Source: an uncultured Pseudomonadota bacterium (lineage in GTDB: Bacteria > Vulcanimicrobiota > Vulcanimicrobiia > Eremiobacterales > Eremiobacteraceae). From it: a DNA stretch of 64,000 bases. This document shows positions 58,509 to 64,000 of this stretch, in pieces. The notes under the pieces are model-generated. The model was given only the letters and a program-made list of their open reading frames with translations, searched no databases and was not told the origin of the DNA. Location of the stretch: the NCBI GenBank assembly GCA_963736005.1, contig CAVTNB010000001.1, positions 1,600,001 through 1,664,000 of the forward strand. Direction: 5' to 3'. How positions within the stretch are numbered: position 1 is the first letter of the stretch; the number at the start of each line of letters is the position of its first letter. The position numbers and the translations under genes were made by a program.

Positions 58509-58889
58509 GTCACGCTTCCGATAATGGTTGCAAGTATTTGGTCCAGGGCGGCAATGAGCTTATCCTTGCCCGTAACGTCATAACGGCGAGCAAGTTCCTG
58601 TGCAGGCATGTACGCGGCGCCGACGGTGCCGTTCTCTTCCCCAAACCAACAATTTTAGCGGAAGATCGAGCGCGATGAGTGGGAACTCATCCATCAGCGG
58701 TGTGCCACCTTTTGGATTGCCGAAGATAAGCAGCATCGTCGGCCGCAAGGTAAGGCCGACGCTCTGGGCAGCAGCGCTTTGGTCGATCTTGGCAAACACG
58801 GCACTGCCGGTGTCAGTGATCGTTTTCGTCAGTCGCGCGACCGTGTCGGCGTATGAATACCGGCTGCTCCTCACCACGGTTTCAGTCAT
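58505..58889 (-). CDS. DUF302 domain protein (frameshift near 58640)
   Basis: VFAKIDQ..AA, LLIFGNPKGGTPLM, LDLPLKLLVW; corrected frame ends overlapping the next ATG. Confidence 0.8.
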
Positions 58890-59168
58890 CGTCTCCTCCC
58901 GGCTGTCTACGAATGGGCTCGGTACTATTGCGAGAGCTTTATAGCCACCTCTTACCCATCAGCTCGTCCTTGACCGCAGCAGCGCGTCCCTTGCGTAATG
59001 ATCCTGCACTTTGGCTACTCATCGAGCATCAGACACGGAACGCTCCTCAAGCGGCTTTCCTCGAATAAAGACTAGGTCATATGTGGAAACGAGTGACCTC
59101 GCGCACTTCACGTTCGCAGTGTCGCGGTGGTCCTATCAGGGAGATTTGATCGCCTGTACGGAGTTTCT

Positions 59169-59693
59169 ATGGTCATCCACATTCGCGGCGCAAATGCGTC
59201 GGATACCGGCACCATGCTGCTGCAGTTCGTCGAGCGTCAGCGTGGCAGAGAGCTACGCCTGGGCAAGCGCGTCATCGGTTGGAATCTAAACGACACGATC
59301 GTGGTGCGTAGCGAAGGCCTGTCTGCGGCACAACTACATACCTACGTGCGCCATTTCGCACCGCAGCGTCACGTGGTGTTCGATCACGTATTTCCGGCGG
59401 CTGCAGTTGAGCAGTACTTCTCATTCGCGCGCGAGATACGCAACTATGTGTTCGCGTTCCTCAAAACACCGTCGGGTTCGCAGTGCCTGCTGCAAAGCCG
59501 ACTTAAGGAACGCGCCAAAAATGCGAGCTGCGAGATCGTGACCTTGAATCCGGATCGAAGCGTGCAACAGCTCGAGGTCTTGTTGCTAAGCGCCGCCCGA
59601 GTGCTCGGGACCAACGATCCGCTTGTCTTGCCAAAAACCCCTTCGCGCCGAGCGCCACGCGCCGGCACGCGCAAAACGGCAAAAGCCGCCTAG
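59169..59693 (+). CDS. Hypothetical protein
   Basis: Open frame ending at a terminator; N-terminus faintly P-loop-like. Confidence 0.45.
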   Translation: MVIHIRGANASDTGTMLLQFVERQRGRELRLGKRVIGWNLNDTIVVRSEGLSAAQLHTYVRHFAPQRHVVFDHVFPAAAVEQYFSFAREIRNYVFAFLKTPSGSQCLLQSRLKERAKNASCEIVTLNPDRSVQQLEVLLLSAARVLGTNDPLVLPKTPSRRAPRAGTRKTAKAA

Positions 59694-59704
59694 GACCGGC
59701 TCAC

Positions 59705-59741
59705 AAAAAAAGGAGAGCCCCGTCGCAACGGTTCGCTCCCC
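59705..59741 (-). terminator. Rho-independent terminator downstream of the 35-aa peptide
   Basis: GC-rich hairpin followed by T7 on the minus strand. Confidence 0.6.
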
Positions 59742-59771
59742 TCTTATCAGCCAACTACTGCGGCTGGTCGA

Positions 59772-59879
59772 TTAGTCACCACACCACTCGACGGCGCTAC
59801 AGTTGCCTACGGAGCCAAGCGCTTGGCCTAAGACGACCTTTGCATCGAGAGACGCGATGATTTTCGGGGTCGAGTACAT
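59772..59879 (-). CDS. 35-aa peptide, RiPP-precursor-like
   Basis: SD AAGGGAG; MYSTPKIIASLDAKVVLGQALGSVGNCSAVEWCGD; own terminator. Confidence 0.6.
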   Translation of the reverse strand: MYSTPKIIASLDAKVVLGQALGSVGNCSAVEWCGD

Positions 59880-60044
59880 GAGGAGTTTCTCCCTTGGTAT
59901 CTTAGAGGAGCGCCTCATCGCGCTCAATCGCTCTCTTGTAAAGGGGCGATTAAAGAAAGTCATACTCCGAACGTCACTCGATAACTGGGGACCGAAGCCT
60001 CAGGCGACAAGAGGCAATGGCCATACTGGCTCATATGAGATCGA

Positions 60045-60263
60045 TCATTGTTCAGCTGGCCCAGCGTCGACCTCAGAACCCTCTCGCTCGCGTATGGCAC
60101 GGCCATAGTAAATATCCATGAGGTGCTTCCCAAGAACGAGGCAGTCATTGGTCGTCAGCTTGCCCGTCGCTCGCCCTTCAGTCCCACTCACGTCGAATTC
60201 GATGTGGCTGAAACGCGGGCTGAAGCGGAACTCACCGCCCTTAAACTTTATGGATGCCTTCAT
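60045..60263 (-). CDS. Small hypothetical protein (72 aa)
   Basis: Strong SD AGGGAGGA upstream; globular-looking composition. Confidence 0.5.
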   Translation of the reverse strand: MKASIKFKGGEFRFSPRFSHIEFDVSGTEGRATGKLTTNDCLVLGKHLMDIYYGRAIREREGSEVDAGPAEQ

Positions 60264-60585
60264 TTACACCAATCCTCCCTTTCTAAGCTCGTCGCGGCGC
60301 ACGCGCTGGCTTTTGATGTTGGGATGAGTAAGATTGGTATCGCTCCTTCATTATCGGCAAATGCGTCGCCGGACACAAGGAGCAAAAGCCGTGCGGTAAC
60401 AGAAAGATGATTATCGGGAGGCCGAGGTGGACGGCGCTGTAGTCTCAACGCTGCACCACCCAGCCTAGCGTTGGTCGCTGGCACCGAATTTCCCGCAAGT
60501 CCGAGCCCGTTAGAAGTAACTCTTTCCTTGGCGCTGAATTCCGCGCCATGCGCATGGAGACCTGACCTTCCCAAGGAGTAACGCT

Positions 60586-61356
60586 ATGAACCCTAAGATC
60601 ATCGGAACCACGCTGCCTGTCTTGGAGATGGAACTCCAGCCGGGCGACAAGATCGTCGCAGAACCAGGCGAGTTCTCATGGATGTCGCAAAACGTCGTGC
60701 TCAATACGACCACGATGACCGCGGGCGCAAAGGGTATCTTGGGCGTGCTGGGCCGCGCGCTCTCTGGCGGAGGCCTTTTCATGGCCGAGTACACTGCACA
60801 AGGCGGTACCGGTCTTGTCGCCTTTGCCTCAAAGCTGCCCGGACAGATCATGCAGGTGGACGTGCAGCCGGGTCACGAGTACATGATTCATCGCCACGGC
60901 TTCTTATGCGCAACCGAAGGTGTCCAACTGGGCATTGGGTTTCAGCAGTCGCTCGGTGCCGGCGTCTTCGGCGGCAATGGCTTCGTGCTCCAAAAACTTG
61001 GCGGCACGTGTAGCGCCTGGATAGAGCTCGGCGGCGAGATCGTTACCTACGACTTAAAGCCCGGCGAAGGGCTGCAGGTGCATCCTGGACACGTTGGCAT
61101 GTTCGAAGTGAGCGTCAATTTCGATTTGACCTTCCTTCGCGGCGTCAAAAACATCTTCTTCGGACAGGACGGCTTGTTCGTCGCGCGGCTGACCGGTCCG
61201 GGCAAGGTGTGGCTGCAGACGCTCACGATGCCGAATCTCGCGCACGCGCTCATGCCTTACCTCGGCAAAGAAACCACAGCGCAAACCGTGCAGAGCGGCG
61301 TGGCGGGCGGAGTCGCAGGGGCCATGCTGCGCGACATGTTTGGCGGCAACGGCTGA
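60586..61356 (+). CDS. AIM24/TIGR00266 family protein
   Basis: L.PGDKIVAEPG.FSWM, GGGLFM..Y, FGGNGF.LQKL, LTGPGKVWLQT. Confidence 0.9.
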   Translation: MNPKIIGTTLPVLEMELQPGDKIVAEPGEFSWMSQNVVLNTTTMTAGAKGILGVLGRALSGGGLFMAEYTAQGGTGLVAFASKLPGQIMQVDVQPGHEYMIHRHGFLCATEGVQLGIGFQQSLGAGVFGGNGFVLQKLGGTCSAWIELGGEIVTYDLKPGEGLQVHPGHVGMFEVSVNFDLTFLRGVKNIFFGQDGLFVARLTGPGKVWLQTLTMPNLAHALMPYLGKETTAQTVQSGVAGGVAGAMLRDMFGGNG

Positions 61357-61362
61357 CCTACA

Positions 61363-63327
61363 CTACGTGGAGTTTTTGGGGCGGCCCAGTTGCGCGCTCC
61401 ATCGAAACATCATAACGATCGCAATCGCAAAGACGATCGCCCCAAGCGGCATTGCAAAGCGCTGGAACGAGTCACCGACAAGCGCAAACGGTGTCGCGTT
61501 GCCGCTTGCAACAATGACCCCGGCCAGAAGCACGCCGAAAAGACTCTCCCCGACGATCAAGCCCGATGCAATGAGCACTCCCATGCGTCTTGCAACGTCG
61601 GCGCCTGGCCGATTCGCCGTTTGGCGATTGTACAACCAACCCACCACGGCGCCGAGCACGGCTGCCGACGTGGTGGCTGCCGGCAGATAGATTCCCAACC
61701 CTACCGCGAGAGGTGGTAGCTGAAAGCGTGTGGTTGCTTTTAGCACTTCGTCGACAACGATCATGGCGATTCCAATAAGAACGCCAATGCCGATAAGATC
61801 CCAATTGATTTGACCGACGATCACGCCTTTGGCCAATGCCGAAATCAAGGTCGCCTGCGGGGCGGGCAACGCATGCGCACCGGCGCCGAACCCGTATGCC
61901 TTATTGAGGAGGCTCAGAATTGGCGGAATGACGATTGAGCCAAAGATCACTCCCGCAACCAGCGACACCTGTTGCCGCCACGGTGTGGCATCGACCAGTT
62001 GACCGGTCTTGAGATCCTGCAAATTGTCGTTCGAGATTGTCGCGACGTTGAGCAACACGGCGGTGACGAAGAGCGCATAAGCAACGAGGGCAGGCGCACC
62101 GGTTGCTCCGGCGCTTTTGGCAACGACGAGCAAGAGCAGCGCTGCCCCAATGATACTCAAGATGCCGAGTCCCGAAACAGGACTGTTGGATGCCCCGATG
62201 AGGCCGGCCATATAACCGCATGCGGCTGCAACAAAGAATCCCGCGACGACAACGTACAGCACTCCGGCTATGACTAATGGAACCGTCAACGATGCAACCG
62301 CACTGCCTTGGAGAAAGACGACAAACAAGAACGCCAGCGGGATGAAACATGCCAAACTAATAAGCGCAACGGTCCCTATGGGCAAGTCGCGCTCGGTGCG
62401 CGGGAGCGTACTGATCCTGCCCTGCTCGGCCGCCCGAATGCGCGCAGCAGCAAGAGAAGACGCGATGCCCGCATAGACCGGCTTGAAGAGTTTGGCGATC
62501 GTCCAGAGGGCGGCAATCCCGATTGTGCCAGCGCCAATGAACCGCACTTGGTGCGCCCAAACATTGATAGCAACATCGACGGGTGCACCAGCGGCAGGGT
62601 GGAGCGCGGTGAGCATGGGCGTCAAGATGCCCCATGCGATGACGAGGCCGGTGAGAATCGCAAGACCAACGGAAATGCCGATCAGATATCCGGCGCCCAC
62701 GAGCGCGAGCGACATCCCCACGCCGAAGCCGGTGGCGGCGTTGCCGATCCGAAAGTATCCCGCAACCGAATCCGTGAACACGCGCGCCGCAACGATCGCC
62801 GCGTAGCCCGCTGAAGCAAGCGCACCGACGGAAAGCGCAACCAACCCTCGCCGATTTTCCTCTATCGATTCGGCAGTCTCGCCTCGCGCTCCAACGCCGA
62901 CTTTCAACACCTCTGCGGCAGCAACGCCTTCCGGATACGGCAAATTCGACTGCGTGACGAGTGCCCGCCGCAGCGGTACGCTGTACATTACGCCAAGGAT
63001 GCCGCCAATCGCGCAGACCGCAAAGGATTCCCAGTACGGAAAGCCGGTCCACCATCCTACCATCACGAGACCTGGGAGCACGAAAATGATGGCGGAGAGA
63101 GTGCCCGCCGCCGATGCGACGGTCTGAACAATATTGTTCTCAAAAATGGTGGCGTTGCGAAATGCGCGCAGCACCGCCATGGAAATCACAGCCGCGGGAA
63201 TCGACGTTGCAAACGTCAGTCCAACTTTGAGGCCAAGATACACGTTAGCGGCGGTGAAGACGAGCGTGATCGCAGCACCAAGCACGATCCCACGCCACGT
63301 CAGTTCGAGACGGGCATCAGAGCTCAT
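61363..63327 (-). CDS. OPT-family oligopeptide transporter
   Basis: ELTWRG, YLGLKVG, ENNIVQT.ASA, LPYPEG, LQDLKTG, LPAPQA. Confidence 0.95.
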   Translation of the reverse strand: MSSDARLELTWRGIVLGAAITLVFTAANVYLGLKVGLTFATSIPAAVISMAVLRAFRNATIFENNIVQTVASAAGTLSAIIFVLPGLVMVGWWTGFPYWESFAVCAIGGILGVMYSVPLRRALVTQSNLPYPEGVAAAEVLKVGVGARGETAESIEENRRGLVALSVGALASAGYAAIVAARVFTDSVAGYFRIGNAATGFGVGMSLALVGAGYLIGISVGLAILTGLVIAWGILTPMLTALHPAAGAPVDVAINVWAHQVRFIGAGTIGIAALWTIAKLFKPVYAGIASSLAAARIRAAEQGRISTLPRTERDLPIGTVALISLACFIPLAFLFVVFLQGSAVASLTVPLVIAGVLYVVVAGFFVAAACGYMAGLIGASNSPVSGLGILSIIGAALLLLVVAKSAGATGAPALVAYALFVTAVLLNVATISNDNLQDLKTGQLVDATPWRQQVSLVAGVIFGSIVIPPILSLLNKAYGFGAGAHALPAPQATLISALAKGVIVGQINWDLIGIGVLIGIAMIVVDEVLKATTRFQLPPLAVGLGIYLPAATTSAAVLGAVVGWLYNRQTANRPGADVARRMGVLIASGLIVGESLFGVLLAGVIVASGNATPFALVGDSFQRFAMPLGAIVFAIAIVMMFRWSAQLGRPKNST

Positions 63328-63333
63328 GAGTGC

Positions 63334-63714
63334 CTATTGTTGCTGCTCTATGCGAACGATGCGGCGCTCGTGATCGTCAAGCCACTCAGCAACGTTCCAC
63401 GCTTCGATGCGGACCACACGTCGCTCGACCCGTACGAGGTCCGATTCTAACCTCGTTACTGCGGATGACAGATGGGTCACCTCAGATGACAACGTCGTCA
63501 TCTCGGACGACAACGTCGTCATCTCGGACGACAAGCGATCAAAGCCAGACTCCGTCGTCTCTTTCAGTCCGACCAGAAAATCCCAAACATCTGCAAGGTT
63601 CGTCACGTCGAATTCGCCTGTCACCCTCCAACTTTCACGATTGTTCGACGCTCCGTCAAGCCAAAACCTGGCCTGCGCAGGCAATCGCGAATACGCCGTC
63701 GCGGTGGCGGCCAA
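63334..63714 (-). CDS. Hypothetical coiled-coil protein with heptad tandem repeat (start uncertain)
   Basis: LSSEMTT-LSSEMTT-LSSEVTH-LSSAVTR; C-terminus DDHERRIVRIE; ends 7 bp before the OPT start. Confidence 0.6.
   Translation of the reverse strand: MAATATAYSRLPAQARFWLDGASNNRESWRVTGEFDVTNLADVWDFLVGLKETTESGFDRLSSEMTTLSSEMTTLSSEVTHLSSAVTRLESDLVRVERRVVRIEAWNVAEWLDDHERRIVRIEQQQ
63467..63534. repeat. 21-bp coding tandem repeat
   Basis: GACAACGTCGTCATCTCGGAC twice exactly (63488-63529) plus degenerate flanking copies. Confidence 0.85.
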
Positions 63715-63786
63715 CGCCGACGCAGCAGCAACTTTAAAGCCTTAAAACGGAGTGCGCCTGGTGGTGGAACGAGGCATGATAGGGGC

Positions 63787-64000
63787 ATGAATGTCTCAAT
63801 CGACCCCACTGAGTTTCGCATCGTCCCCTTGGCACTCGATCTCGCGGACCGAATTCGGCAAACGCTGGCCGACGAATTTGGCAACCGTCTTGCAGTATGG
63901 GAGGCAGATTCGGTTCCGTGCCGGCTGTGTCTGCAACGCACCAAGCCCGGGGAACCCGTTATACTTTTTGCCCATCGCCCGTTTGACTTCACTGGGCCAT
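63787..64000 (+). CDS. DUF1203-like protein, partial
   Basis: Manual translation: ...DEFGN...PCRLCLQRTKPGEPVILFAHRPF..TGP; runs off the window end. Confidence 0.75.
   Translation, partial: MNVSIDPTEFRIVPLALDLADRIRQTLADEFGNRLAVWEADSVPCRLCLQRTKPGEPVILFAHRPFDFTGP

Overview
High-GC bacterial window. The protein style (small lineage-type proteins, GT87, PDZ-TM-GAF) suggests Candidatus Eremiobacterota/Vulcanimicrobiota, but that is unverified inference. There are four blocks. (1) 1-27.3 kb is accessory: a tyrosine integrase fragment, then a divergent Wzx/Wzy-type polysaccharide cluster (Wza, priming transferase, Wzz/GumC, degenerate BY-kinase, Wzy-like, Wzx, GT2, GT4s, GT87, a lipoprotein glycoside hydrolase). 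Embedded in it is a stand-alone NRPS A-T didomain with a Leu-type specificity code, a cytochrome P450 and two paralogous GNAT-like proteins; a LuxR regulator and an Sfp-type PPTase close the cluster. This is the best candidate for an undescribed system: carrier-protein-based aminoacylation of a surface glycan with (hydroxy)leucine. (2) 27.4-41.7 kb holds a reductive pyrimidine catabolism operon (about 11 single-base frameshifts, probably sequencing error), a phosphoesterase, a diguanylate cyclase and pyrK-D-F-E. (3) 41.8-50.5 kb holds housekeeping and secreted-protein genes interspersed with GTAG-type REP hairpins. (4) 50.5-64 kb starts with tRNA-Ala(CGC) and a 38-bp att duplication enclosing an integrase-less 2.2-kb mini-island. 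It continues with signs of further decayed islands, a serine hydrolase/GntR pair, an orphan RiPP-precursor-like peptide, AIM24 and an OPT transporter. All family calls are by motif recognition; no database searches were run.
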